The notes beneath the pieces are model-generated. The model saw only the letters and a program-made list of their open reading frames with translations. It was not told where the DNA came from and did no database searches. A stretch of DNA of 64,000 bases from Candidatus Chewarchaeum aethiopicum (GTDB taxonomy: Archaea; Halobacteriota; Halobacteria; Halobacteriales; Hikarchaeaceae), in NCBI GenBank assembly GCA_034190395.1, contig JAXINS010000021.1, positions 51,230 through 115,229 of the forward strand, given 5' to 3'. Positions 37,435-47,246 of this stretch are shown one piece after another. The first letter of the stretch is position 1; every line of letters starts with the position of its first letter. Both the position numbers and the translations under genes were made by a program.

Positions 37435-39177
37435 TCAGGCGAGGAAGCCGGAGGCGTCCTCGGCCCCATCGACGGTGCCACTTTTGTCCATCTTTCCGCG
37501 GGCCGATCGATACATCGTGTAGACCTGCACGACCAGCGCGATCACCCAGAGGAGGTAGCCACCGGGGCTCGAACTCACGACGTCGACCGTCGTCGCAAAC
37601 GACGAAAGGCCAACGCGGCTGACCAAGGTGTCACCGATCAGCAGGACGCTGAAGTAGCCGAAGAAGCCCGTCGCCCACCACATGGCGACGACTCGTGCCC
37701 AGCCCGGTTGGGTGTGTTCGGGCAGGCGAGTCGTGTTCATGATGATCGACAGGGCGTTATACGGCCACATCATCACGCCGGCGATGGCGGCACCGAGCAC
37801 CAGCAGGATCCACGGCTGCTGGAACTGAGCGCCGATGATCAGGATGCCCCACAACGTAAAGAGGGTCAGTAGTCCCCAGAACACACGATTGAGGTCCCAG
37901 CCCGCGCCGCGGCCGTACATCTCAAAGAGGATGTCGACGCTGTTGCGGACGAAGGACTCGGTGATCGCGTATTGGGTGCTGAACAGCGCGATGAAGATCA
38001 CCGCATACAGCAGGAACTGATTGAGCGGCCCGAGCTGTGGGATCACCACGTTGATCCACATGTTGATCGCGCCCTGGTCAGTGCCGGCCGCGAACTGGGC
38101 CGTGATCGTCATCGCGATCGTCGCGACGATCAGCAGACCCAACACGAAGGTCAGGAAGTGTTCCTGCTGGGTGACGCGCCACCATTCCTTCCAGCGGCGC
38201 AAGTTCTTCTGGGTCGGCTCGAACGTGAAGCCGTTCGCCTGGATGTCCTCCGGTTCGGCACCGCGAAGCGGGTTCTTGATCCGCCCTTGGTAGGTCGCCA
38301 TACCGTAGCCTTTCTCCCGGGACCAGACGCCCTGGGAGAGGTTCACGTACCCGCCGGCACCCGCGTAGGCGAGCCCGCCAAGAAACACTGCGATGTCCAT
38401 ATCGCCGGGCAGGGCGCCGAAGTTAATCGCCCCCGCCGGGACGTTGGCCAACTGACCGATCGAACCAACGATGAACACCAGGATGACCGCGGCGATGACG
38501 GCGATGATCATCAAGGCCACCTGGGCCTTCTCGATGATGTTATAGAGGATCGGGCCAGCCTGGTAGGACAGCCAGATCACAATCATCGTCAGCACGCCGA
38601 TAATCGGCCAGCTCGACGTGCTCATGCCGATCCAGTCGGCCAGTACCTTCGAGGATCCGGCTGCCCAGCCGGGCCAACCGACGTGGATGAATCCCGCGAT
38701 GAGGAAAAACCACGGCCAGATACTGTGGACGCGGTCAAGGCCTCGGAAGATCGATTCCCCGGTCGCGATCGTCCAGCGTTGCAGCTCCGTGTTGATGAAG
38801 AACTGCGTGATCACGCCGACCCAGAAGGCCCAATAGAGGCCCCAGCCGTTCTGGGCGATGATCGTCGGCCAGAACATCGTTTCACCCGACCCCAGCGATG
38901 CGCCGAGCATGACGGCACTGGGGCCGACGATGTGGCTGACCTTTGGCACCTTCGGCATCTCGGTGAGCTTGTAGTTGCCCTTGCCGCTGGTGTCCGGATA
39001 CTCGCTGGTTTCGGGTGCGGTTTCGAGCTCGTCGTAGTTGAGCTCTCGATAGACTGTTTGTCGATACTGTTCCCCGACTTCTACTGGCGCGAAAATGTCG
39101 TCGTCGGCGACACCGCCGTCTGGCCGTACATCAGAGCCGGTCTCTGATGTTGATGCTGAGTCCGTGTCCTTTGACAT
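37435..39177 (-). CDS. polytopic transporter, Nramp-related family (tentative)
   Basis: ~580 aa with >=11 hydrophobic helices. The ..IVGPSAVMLGASLGSGETMFWP.. block resembles Nramp-related archaeal transporters but lacks the canonical DPGN. I chose the ATG at 39177 (MSKDTD..) over 39216. Confidence 0.5.
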   Translation of the reverse strand: MSKDTDSASTSETGSDVRPDGGVADDDIFAPVEVGEQYRQTVYRELNYDELETAPETSEYPDTSGKGNYKLTEMPKVPKVSHIVGPSAVMLGASLGSGETMFWPTIIAQNGWGLYWAFWVGVITQFFINTELQRWTIATGESIFRGLDRVHSIWPWFFLIAGFIHVGWPGWAAGSSKVLADWIGMSTSSWPIIGVLTMIVIWLSYQAGPILYNIIEKAQVALMIIAVIAAVILVFIVGSIGQLANVPAGAINFGALPGDMDIAVFLGGLAYAGAGGYVNLSQGVWSREKGYGMATYQGRIKNPLRGAEPEDIQANGFTFEPTQKNLRRWKEWWRVTQQEHFLTFVLGLLIVATIAMTITAQFAAGTDQGAINMWINVVIPQLGPLNQFLLYAVIFIALFSTQYAITESFVRNSVDILFEMYGRGAGWDLNRVFWGLLTLFTLWGILIIGAQFQQPWILLVLGAAIAGVMMWPYNALSIIMNTTRLPEHTQPGWARVVAMWWATGFFGYFSVLLIGDTLVSRVGLSSFATTVDVVSSSPGGYLLWVIALVVQVYTMYRSARGKMDKSGTVDGAEDASGFLA

Positions 39178-39357
39178 CTGCACACCCCCGCGTTGATCAC
39201 AACGGTGGGTTACCAACCGATTACGCCACTACATGCCACGGTAGCCCCTATCGTGGCTATCGATAACAATACCCTCTACTGATATTAATTCTATCGGTAT
39301 TTAAACGGAAATGAAGTTAGTTAATTGACAAATAGGAGGGTGTCGATGCCGCTGACG

Positions 39358-42300
39358 TCAGTGTGTGAGAGATTCAGCGAGGGTTTCGATCGGATGGGGC
39401 GGGTGTTCATGGCCGGGACGGTCGCCCAACTGGGTCCGACAGGAGGCTCCCGGGGCGACGACGCGGTCGCCCGGGCTTTCCTCTACTTGCTCAAAGAGGA
39501 TCCGTCCGATGGCCTGTGAGAGGTCATAATGTTCGGCTTCGTACCCGAAACTGCCGGCCATCCCACAACATCCCGAGTCAAGGAAGTCGACCTCGAACCC
39601 GGCACGATCCAGTACCTCGGCGGTATGCCCCGCCTCGTTCATGGCTTTCTGGTTGCAGTGGCCGTGGTAGGTTAGTGTCTCGCCGTCGGTTTCGAAATGC
39701 AGGTCCTTGTCGATCCGGTGGACATCGAGGTATTCACAGACGCCGTAGGCGGCCGCGCCGACCTCACGGACGGCTTCCCCGTCGAGGAGGTCCTGATACT
39801 CGTCGTGGAACATCACGACGTCAGACGGCTCAACGAACAGAATCGACCAGCCGTCCTCGACATAGGGGTGGAGGAGATCGACGTTGTGGCGCGCCTGATC
39901 GTTGGCCTTGTCGAGATACCCCATCGAGAACGCTGCCCGGCCGCTCGGTTCGATGTCACTTGGAATCGCTACGTGGATTCCGGCAGCTTCAAGCACCCTG
40001 ACGGCCGCCTTCCCGGGTTCGGGATGGCTGTAGTTCGTGTAGGTATCGGGGAACAACAACACCTTGTCCTCGGCGTCGGCAAGCGCCACGTTCGATCCAC
40101 CACGGTTCTCGAACCACCGTTCAAGGGTTTCCCGGCGGAACGTCGGTAGTTCTCGCTCCGGCGCGATTCCGGCGACCTTCTCCATCAGCGCCCGGGCGCC
40201 AGGCAGCCGTTGTCCCCAGTTCGACAGCGGCGCCAGCATACTGCCGATCGCCGAGAGCCGGTCAATGTTCGCGAACAGTTTGTCGCGGACACTGCCACCG
40301 CCCTCGTGGTGGTATTGGTGTTTGATCTCGGCTTTCAGTTTCGCCAGGTCGACGCCGGTTGGACAGTCGTTCATGCATCCCTTACAACCGACACAGAGGT
40401 CGAGGACTTCCTTTTGGAAGGTCTCGGAGTACAGTTCGTCCTCGGGGAGTTCGCCGCTGATCGCCGCCCGGAGCATGTTCGCCCGGCCACGCGTGGTCTC
40501 CATTTCGTCCTTCGAGGCCCGGTAGGTCGGACACATCGTATCCTGGCCGGTCTGCCGGCAGGTCCCACAGCCGTTACACAGCTCGACGAGATGGGAGAAT
40601 CCCCCCTCATCGTCGAAATCAAGGGCGGTCTGTGGTTCGAGCGATTGATAGGTCGCCCCATAGCGGAGGTTCTCGCGCATGTCCGCGCCGATCCCACGGT
40701 CGTTGTCCGGACCGATGTCGTCGGGGTCGTCGCGATAGACGACGTTGCCGGGATGCATGAACCACTCCGGATCGAACGCCGTTTTGATCTCTTTGAACGC
40801 CGTCCAGAGGTCCTCCCCGTACATCTTGGGGTTGAACTCGGTGCGGGCCATCCCGTCACCGTGTTCTCCCGAGAACGAGCCATGGTGTTCGAGGACGAGA
40901 TCGGTGACGTCGTCGGTGATCCCGTGCATCGTCTCGATTCCGGCTTCGTCTTTGAGGTTGAGGATCGGGCGGATGTGTAGGGTGCCGGCGCCAGCATGGG
41001 CGAAATACGCCGCCGAGGTACCGTGGTCCTCGAGGATCTTCTCGAAGGATTCGACGTATTCGGCGAGCTCTTCGGGGGGCACCGTTGCGTCCTCGATGAA
41101 GGGATAGGGTTTGGGATCACCCTCGAGGGACATCAGGAGTGGAATGGCGGCCTTTCGGAGCTTCCAGAGGTCATCCTGGTCCGCCTCGGTGTAGGCTTCG
41201 ATGACCTCGAAGGCGTCGCCCTCTTCAACGAAGTGGGTGTTCGTCTCGCCGATCGCCGCCTCGAAATCCTCGACCAATTCATTGTCGAACTCGAGCATCA
41301 AGGCGGCGGCCGTCTCCTCGGGGATCGGCTCGACGAACTTCGCGTATCCCTCCGATTCGTCGGCCAGCCGGAACACCTCGTCGTCCATCAATTCGACGGC
41401 GCTGACGTCGTACTCAAGGGCCTCCGGGACGGCTTTAAGTGCCTCGATCAGATCCGAGAAACAGTAGAGCGCCAGCGCGGTCGCTTCGGGTTTCGTGACC
41501 AACCCAACCGTCGCCTCGACGACGATTCCGAGCGATCCTTCCGAGCCGACCAGCAGCTTCGAGAGGTTGATACACCGTTCGCCGGCCTCGTTTTCGTAGA
41601 TCACCCGATCGAGGTTGTATCCCGAGACGTTTCGTTTGAGGTCGGGATATCGGTCCTCGATCGCCGCTTCGTTTTCCTCGACGCACTTTCGAACGGTCTC
41701 GTAAATTGCCGCTTCTCGGTCGTCCTTGTCGACGATCGCCTCGTACTCCGGGGAATCGAGGACGATCTCGCGGGTATGGATCACCGAGCCGTCGGCTAAC
41801 ACTACCTGTAACTCCTCGGTATAGGCGTCGGTGATACCATAACGAACCGAGTGAGCGCCTGTCGAGTTGTTCCCGATGCCACCACCCACTGTCGCTCGAT
41901 TCGAGGAGGCCGGGTCGGGTGCAAACTTCAGTCCATGGGTGGCCAGTTCGTCGTCGAGATCGTCCTGGACGACACCCGGTTGGATCGTCGCCTGTTGTGC
42001 ATCGGGATCGATCTCATGGATCTGGTCCATATATTTCGTGAAATCGAGGACGACACAGCCCGGACCGACCGCTTGTCCTGCCAGTGAGGACCCGGCGCCA
42101 CGCGGGATGACCGGCACTTCATGTTCGGTCGCGGTCCGGACGGTCGCTTGAACGTCCTCGATCGTTCGCGGCAACACCACCCCAGCCGGCCGAGCCTGAT
42201 AGACGCTCCCGTCTGACGCATAGAGGATCTGGGAGTACTCATCGAAACGGACTTCGCCATCGATCCGATCACGGAGATCGGTCGCCAGCGCGGCGTACTC

Positions 42301-42384
42301 CTCGACATCGGGCGTTTCGTATTCCATCGCGCCACGGAACGTCTGGAAATCACTGAGATCGTTTTGCGGCTCGTCGACAGCCAT
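39358..42384 (-). CDS. fused FAD-binding (GlcD-like) and Fe-S/CCG (GlcF-like) oxidoreductase, D-lactate/glycolate dehydrogenase-type
   Basis: FAD-binding RGAGSSLAGQAVG; two ferredoxin-type clusters (CNGCGTCRQ.., CVGCKGCMNDCPTG); C-terminal CCG motif CCGMAGSFG. I chose the ATG at 42384 (MAVDEPQ..). The track start at 42510 is a TTG preceding a basic, atypical 42-aa extension. Confidence 0.85.
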   Translation of the reverse strand: MAVDEPQNDLSDFQTFRGAMEYETPDVEEYAALATDLRDRIDGEVRFDEYSQILYASDGSVYQARPAGVVLPRTIEDVQATVRTATEHEVPVIPRGAGSSLAGQAVGPGCVVLDFTKYMDQIHEIDPDAQQATIQPGVVQDDLDDELATHGLKFAPDPASSNRATVGGGIGNNSTGAHSVRYGITDAYTEELQVVLADGSVIHTREIVLDSPEYEAIVDKDDREAAIYETVRKCVEENEAAIEDRYPDLKRNVSGYNLDRVIYENEAGERCINLSKLLVGSEGSLGIVVEATVGLVTKPEATALALYCFSDLIEALKAVPEALEYDVSAVELMDDEVFRLADESEGYAKFVEPIPEETAAALMLEFDNELVEDFEAAIGETNTHFVEEGDAFEVIEAYTEADQDDLWKLRKAAIPLLMSLEGDPKPYPFIEDATVPPEELAEYVESFEKILEDHGTSAAYFAHAGAGTLHIRPILNLKDEAGIETMHGITDDVTDLVLEHHGSFSGEHGDGMARTEFNPKMYGEDLWTAFKEIKTAFDPEWFMHPGNVVYRDDPDDIGPDNDRGIGADMRENLRYGATYQSLEPQTALDFDDEGGFSHLVELCNGCGTCRQTGQDTMCPTYRASKDEMETTRGRANMLRAAISGELPEDELYSETFQKEVLDLCVGCKGCMNDCPTGVDLAKLKAEIKHQYHHEGGGSVRDKLFANIDRLSAIGSMLAPLSNWGQRLPGARALMEKVAGIAPERELPTFRRETLERWFENRGGSNVALADAEDKVLLFPDTYTNYSHPEPGKAAVRVLEAAGIHVAIPSDIEPSGRAAFSMGYLDKANDQARHNVDLLHPYVEDGWSILFVEPSDVVMFHDEYQDLLDGEAVREVGAAAYGVCEYLDVHRIDKDLHFETDGETLTYHGHCNQKAMNEAGHTAEVLDRAGFEVDFLDSGCCGMAGSFGYEAEHYDLSQAIGRILFEQVEESPGDRVVAPGASCRTQLGDRPGHEHPPHPIETLAESLTH

Positions 42385-42645
42385 TAGTTGGTCTGCGATA
42401 CCGATCGGATTAAACACTATGGTTGCCGTTACCATGTCATCGTTTACCATGAAAATCCGGTGTCGGCGCCGGTGTGTCACCCAATCCGGCCGGGTGATAG
42501 CCGTTTTCAACTGTGATACTCGTTGACAAACATTTTTATAGGGAGTCGCCTAATCGCCGTCTGGAACCGCAATGCCCACCGGCCCAGGTCACCCGATCGC
42601 TCGGACACTCCGTGACTCTCAGCGCCTCCATTGGGGAGGGTACTC

Positions 42646-42855
42646 ATGAGCATCACCGACCGCACCAACGACCGGAACGCCAGCCAGGAGAACGTCGTCG
42701 ATACTCCACCGGAATTCGAACTGGAGTATCTCTACGACGATCCCGACGATCCAGCCGAGGTCACCATCTTCCTCGATGCCGATGAGGCCGACCTCTCGAC
42801 CCACTGGATCACGATCGACCGATCGAGCGCTGTGCCGATCGAGGACACACGATAG
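42646..42855 (+). CDS. small acidic hypothetical protein
   Basis: MSITDRTND..PPEFELEYLYDDPDDPAEVTIFLDADEADLSTHWITID.., 69 aa. The composition is typical of haloarchaeal small proteins. Confidence 0.5.
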   Translation: MSITDRTNDRNASQENVVDTPPEFELEYLYDDPDDPAEVTIFLDADEADLSTHWITIDRSSAVPIEDTR

Positions 42856-42971
42856 CCGCCTGCTCCCCCCGCTCCGTCGCGATCTTTCCGTCGCCTGCCG
42901 ACAGTGGCTTGTCGGATCAGCGGGTTTCGATGACGCCGAACTTTATATCATCGCCCGTCGGAGGTGCGTGC

Positions 42972-43346
42972 ATGGAATTTATCCATACCTGTCTCAATGT
43001 CGCCGACGCCGACCGTGCCGTCGAGTGGTATACCGAACAGCTCGGGCTTAAGGAATCGTGGTCGTTCGAGACGGCGGACGGCCGGACGGTCAACCGGTAC
43101 GTCACTGACGATAACGGGTTCGAACTTCAACTCTCGGACACCGAAGGTGAGACAGCTCTTGAGGAGGGAACACTGTGGGATCACGTCGCGCTCGGTGTCG
43201 ATGATGTCGATGCTGCGTTCGATCGGATCGACAACCACGGCGTCGTTCAACCACCCCAGGACAACAACGCAGCCGGTGCACGGACGGCTTTCATCAAGGA
43301 CCCTGACGGCCACGTCGTCGAACTGGTCGAACCCCTTGAGGACTGA
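42972..43346 (+). CDS. VOC-family protein (glyoxalase I / epimerase-like)
   Basis: MEFIHTCLNVADADRAVEWYTEQLGL.. and ..DHVALGVDDVDAAFDRI.. ..FIKDPDGHVVELVE.. form the paired beta-alpha-beta-beta-beta modules. Confidence 0.8.
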   Translation: MEFIHTCLNVADADRAVEWYTEQLGLKESWSFETADGRTVNRYVTDDNGFELQLSDTEGETALEEGTLWDHVALGVDDVDAAFDRIDNHGVVQPPQDNNAAGARTAFIKDPDGHVVELVEPLED

Positions 43347-43422
43347 TCAACCAGTTTACGCCAACGCTTTATTCACTGCTGTAAGAGTTGTGTCGATAAC
43401 GGTCTGAATCGGACCCCAGTCG

Positions 43423-44343
43423 TCAGAGAATACCGGCAGCTTTGGCTTTCTCGACGATTTCCTGGGCCATCTTGTTAGTCGCCTCGTCGACCATCTGGCC
43501 GTCGACGGAGACGGCACCCCGGCCCTCTTCCATGGCTTCGGCGTAGGCGTCGACGATCCGTTGGGCACGGTCGGCGGTCTCGGGATCGGGCGCGAAGACC
43601 TCGTTTGCGATCTCGATCTGGTCGGGATGGATCGCCCATTTGCCGTCACAGCCAAGCATGTTCGCCCGAGCACAGGAATCACGGAACCCTTCCTCATCAT
43701 CGAGGTCGGCGTAGGGGCCGTCGATACACGGCAGCCCGGCGCTTTTGGCCGCGGAGTTACACTCCGAGAGGGCGTGGTGCCAGTAGTGGCCGGGATATTC
43801 GGGGAACTGCCCGATATCGAGGCCGGGCGTTCCCATCGCTGCCGAATAGTCCCCCGGCCCGAAGATGATCGAATCGAGCCGATCGGAGGCATGGGCGATC
43901 TCGTAGACGTTGTGCATCCCTTCGCCGTCCTCGATCTGGGGTTCTAAACCGATGCTCCCGACCTCGAGACCGGCGTTGACCTCGACCTGTTCAAGGAGGT
44001 TCTCGACGGTGTGGATATCGCTCGGGCCGGCGACCTTCGGAATAATGATGTCGTCGATGGATTCGCCGGCTTGGCTGACGACCTCGATGACATCGTCGTA
44101 CCACCACTTGGTGTCGATCCCGTTGATCCGGTAGGCGAGGATCGTATCGCTCCAGTCCTCCTCGTTGGCGGCGTCGATGAGCGGCCCCCGCGAGTCGGCT
44201 TTCTCGTTCGGTGCCACCGAGTCTTCGAGATCGAGAAAGACCTCATCGGCGCCGCTGTCGGCGGCGTTGTGCATCATCCGTTCATCGCTGGCCGGCGTCG
44301 CCAACTGGGTCCGCCGGAGTTCGACCGCGTTGTCCTCTGCCAT
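43423..44343 (-). CDS. HpcH/HpaI aldolase / citrate-lyase beta (CitE)-family lyase, possible (methyl)malyl-CoA lyase
   Basis: ..ELRRTQLATPAS.., ..GADEVFLDLEDSVAP.., and ..IGLEPQIEDGEG.. are CitE-family blocks. Substrate not determinable here. Confidence 0.7.
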   Translation of the reverse strand: MAEDNAVELRRTQLATPASDERMMHNAADSGADEVFLDLEDSVAPNEKADSRGPLIDAANEEDWSDTILAYRINGIDTKWWYDDVIEVVSQAGESIDDIIIPKVAGPSDIHTVENLLEQVEVNAGLEVGSIGLEPQIEDGEGMHNVYEIAHASDRLDSIIFGPGDYSAAMGTPGLDIGQFPEYPGHYWHHALSECNSAAKSAGLPCIDGPYADLDDEEGFRDSCARANMLGCDGKWAIHPDQIEIANEVFAPDPETADRAQRIVDAYAEAMEEGRGAVSVDGQMVDEATNKMAQEIVEKAKAAGIL

Positions 44344-44489
44344 GGTGAATAACCTCTACTGTGATGTACTCACATGGAGTTTCATAAGCTTATCTTCATC
44401 TAACAGCTCCGAGTAGCCACATTTTTCGATCAAAGTGCACGCAAGCGGTGGGTTAATCGTGCCCTGTCACTGTCGGTCGTCCCCTTCTA

Positions 44490-45494
44490 TTAGCTTGAGC
44501 TGGGATCGATATCGGTCTCGAGGTTTCGGAGATCGGTGTAGTCGTCGGTCGCCTCGATCCGATCGACGTTCTCCGCGAGGATGTCCGCGACCCGTTCGTA
44601 ATACTCGGGGGTATGGCCGGAGCTGTGTGGCGTAATCATGACGTTCCCGAAGGTCCACAGCGGATGATCCTCGGGTAGGGGTTCCGGATCGGTGACATCC
44701 AGGACGGCGCCCCGGATCAACTCCCCTCGGAGCGCCTCGATCAGTGCTGATGTCTCGACGACCGGACCGCGGGCGATATTGATAAGGACGCTTTCGGGGG
44801 AAAGCGTTTCGAGGGCGGCGAAGTCAATCAGGCCTTCGGTCGTTTCCGTCAACGGACAGGCCAACACCAGGTAATCCGTCCGGGCGTAGGCGTCGTGGAG
44901 CGCGTCGGTATCGAAGCCGATCACCTCGTCGGTGGGACCGCCTTTCTCGGGGGTGTACCGCACGCCGATCGTCTCGACATCGAACGGTTCGAGCCGTTCG
45001 GCGGTCGCGGTGCCGATCGCGCCGAGTCCGACAATCGTGACGGTGCTCCCCTGGAGTTCCCGCGCCTGGAAATGGCGCCACTCGCGGCGTTGCTGGCGCC
45101 GGAAGCCGAGATGAAATCCGCGCGCGAAGGCGAGAATCCCACCGATGACGTATTCGGCGATATTCGGCCCGTGGACACCGGCGGCACTGGTGACGGCGAC
45201 GTTGCGGGCTTCGAGCTCCGCCAGCGGGAGATGGCCGACACCAGCGTACAGACAGGCAAACACCCGGAAGTTCTCGGCGGCCCCCATGAGGCCGTCGTCG
45301 ATATGCAACCCGGTCACGATCGGTGCGTGTTGGATCAGTTCCCGTTCCTCGCGTGGGGTTCGGGCCAACTGGACGTCATAGTCGGGCAGTCGGCGTCGGA
45401 TCGCGTCGGCGTACTGTTCGATCGGCATTCCGTGCACTTCCCGGCGTAACACGAGAATATCCGGTCCGTCCTCGGTCGCACTCATATCCGACAT
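44490..45494 (-). CDS. D-isomer-specific 2-hydroxyacid dehydrogenase (paralog 1)
   Basis: NAD-binding VTIVGLGAIGTA; catalytic region ..INIARGPVV.. / ..LDVTDPEPLP.. / ..ITPHSSGHT... Confidence 0.85.
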   Translation of the reverse strand: MSDMSATEDGPDILVLRREVHGMPIEQYADAIRRRLPDYDVQLARTPREERELIQHAPIVTGLHIDDGLMGAAENFRVFACLYAGVGHLPLAELEARNVAVTSAAGVHGPNIAEYVIGGILAFARGFHLGFRRQQRREWRHFQARELQGSTVTIVGLGAIGTATAERLEPFDVETIGVRYTPEKGGPTDEVIGFDTDALHDAYARTDYLVLACPLTETTEGLIDFAALETLSPESVLINIARGPVVETSALIEALRGELIRGAVLDVTDPEPLPEDHPLWTFGNVMITPHSSGHTPEYYERVADILAENVDRIEATDDYTDLRNLETDIDPSSS

Positions 45495-45582
45495 GCTCGT
45501 TCACGGCCCCTATAGTTGTCCGGGAACTAACCTTTCGGCGCTGCCCTGTAAGCCCGCGTGCGTTTTTATGCCGGGATGACCC

Positions 45583-46560
45583 TCACTCGGGACTCAGGAC
45601 CGTATTTCGCAGCGATGCATCGGCGCCATCAGTCTCGATTCGTTCGACGTTGTCCGCGAGGATATCGGCGAGACGGTCCCAGTGTCTGGGGGTATGGCCG
45701 GCGTTATGTGGAGTGATCAGGACGTTTTCGAAGCTCCAGAGTGGATGGTCTTCCGGCAGTGGTTCGGGATCGGTGACGTCCAGCGCCGCCCCACGGAGCC
45801 CCTGTCGACGTAGTTCGCCGACTAGCGCATCAGTGTCGACGATTTCCCCACGCGCAACGTTGATGAGGACCGCTTCGGGCTCAAGTGTGGCCAGCGCATC
45901 GGCATCGATCAGTCCCCGCGTTGTCTCCGAGAGCGGGCTCGCAATGGCCAGGTAGTCGGTTCGGGCCAAGGCGTCGTGGAACGGTCGGTCTTCGAAGCCG
46001 ATCACTTCGTCGGTGGGGCCGCCTTTCTCGGGGGTGTACCGCACGCCGATGGTTTGGACCCCAAAGCCGGCGAGCCGATCGACGATCGCCTGGCCGATCG
46101 CCCCCAGGCCGACGACCGTTACGGTGCTGTCAGTCAGTTCATGGGCCTGATAATGGCGCCATTCACGGCGTTGGGTCCGTCGTAGCCCTTTGTCGAGCCG
46201 TCGATCGAAGAGCAGCATCTTGCCGATAACCTGCTCGGCGATGCTCGGGGCGTGGATGCCCGAGGCGTTCGTCACGACGACTCCCCGCTCGGCAAGCGCG
46301 GCCGTCGGGAGGTGTTCATAGCCAGCAAAGGCACAGGCAAACAGCCTGAGGTTCTCGGCGGCGGTCACCAGCGCCTCGTCGACCCCGACGCCGGTAACGA
46401 TCGGTGCCGTGGCTGTCAGTTCCGCTTCCTCGTATGGGGTCCGTGCAAGCCGGATATCGTGGTTAGGCAACCGGTCACGGAGGGCATCGGCGTAATCGGC
46501 CATCGGTAAGCCATGGGTCCCGTCCCGGAGGACGACGATGGGTTCGGTCTGGGTGGACAT
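45583..46560 (-). CDS. D-isomer-specific 2-hydroxyacid dehydrogenase (paralog 2)
   Basis: Alignable along its whole length with the neighbouring gene (VTVVGLGAIGQA, ..INVARGEIV.., ..LDVTDPEPLP.., ..ITPHNAGHT..). Confidence 0.85.
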   Translation of the reverse strand: MSTQTEPIVVLRDGTHGLPMADYADALRDRLPNHDIRLARTPYEEAELTATAPIVTGVGVDEALVTAAENLRLFACAFAGYEHLPTAALAERGVVVTNASGIHAPSIAEQVIGKMLLFDRRLDKGLRRTQRREWRHYQAHELTDSTVTVVGLGAIGQAIVDRLAGFGVQTIGVRYTPEKGGPTDEVIGFEDRPFHDALARTDYLAIASPLSETTRGLIDADALATLEPEAVLINVARGEIVDTDALVGELRRQGLRGAALDVTDPEPLPEDHPLWSFENVLITPHNAGHTPRHWDRLADILADNVERIETDGADASLRNTVLSPE

Positions 46561-46646
46561 GCATGCGCCTGCTCAGCCCCGCCGGTCTTGAATGCTCCCG
46601 TGCAGGCGCCTTGTCCGGCTCGTCGTTTCCGCCCCGGACGGATCGG

Positions 46647-47246
46647 TCACGCTTCCATCCGGTTCATCAGATCGACCAGTTCCTCGAGGTCAGGAAACAT
46701 ATAGGCCATCAGCCGGACGTCGGCATCCGGCACCTGGATCTCCGAATCGAACAACAGGGCCAGGTCATAGGGCATCGAGCCGAGCAGGTCATCGACGATC
46801 TGGTCGCTTCGTCCGACGGAGAAATGCGGTGTCGAGATATCGATCGTCGTGTTCAACGCGTTCGCCCAGCCGTCGATGAAGGCGCTGGTCATGATGTTAG
46901 CGATCTCCTGGATCGCGCTCTTTTCCATCTCGCTGAAGCCGGCGCCATCGCTCGTTTCGCCCATATCGCCGACCATTCGGCTGGCGAGGTATTTCGCGCT
47001 GGCGCCGTCCAATAAAAAGAGGATATGGCCGTGTGGGGCTTCCACCAACTCGACGCTGATGCCGATCCGTTCAGCCTCCCCGACATGGGCTTTCAGATCG
47101 GCGTGATCGATGAAGTTGATCCGCGTTAAGGTTGTCTCGGTCTCGACGTTGATCATCTGACCCAGATCACGGGCGACTGTCGTCCCGCCTTTGCGGGCCA
47201 TCTCGTTGAACAACCGGAGCTTCCGAATATCGATCAGCAGGCTCAT
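46647..47246 (-). CDS. cheC: CheC-family protein (CheY-P phosphatase-like), single intact active-site motif
   Basis: MSLLIDIRKLRLFNEMARKGG.. (23rd codon of the track ORF). The second-half motif S-AIQ-E-IA-N, then 22 residues, then P (EKSAIQEIANIMTSAFIDGWANALNTTIDISTP) fits D/S-x3-E-x2-N-x22-P. The first-half motif is not intact. Confidence 0.7.
   Translation of the reverse strand: MSLLIDIRKLRLFNEMARKGGTTVARDLGQMINVETETTLTRINFIDHADLKAHVGEAERIGISVELVEAPHGHILFLLDGASAKYLASRMVGDMGETSDGAGFSEMEKSAIQEIANIMTSAFIDGWANALNTTIDISTPHFSVGRSDQIVDDLLGSMPYDLALLFDSEIQVPDADVRLMAYMFPDLEELVDLMNRMEA

Noticed and set aside
42385-42510. The TTG start at 42510, which would extend the FAD/Fe-S oxidoreductase by 42 residues.
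   Set aside because: The extension (..TRPDWVTHRRRHRIF..) is basic and atypical. The ATG at 42384 gives an N-terminus (MAVDEPQNDLSDF..) consistent with the acidic proteome. A minus-strand TATA-like CTATAAAAATG near 42530-42545 may simply give a 5' UTR.
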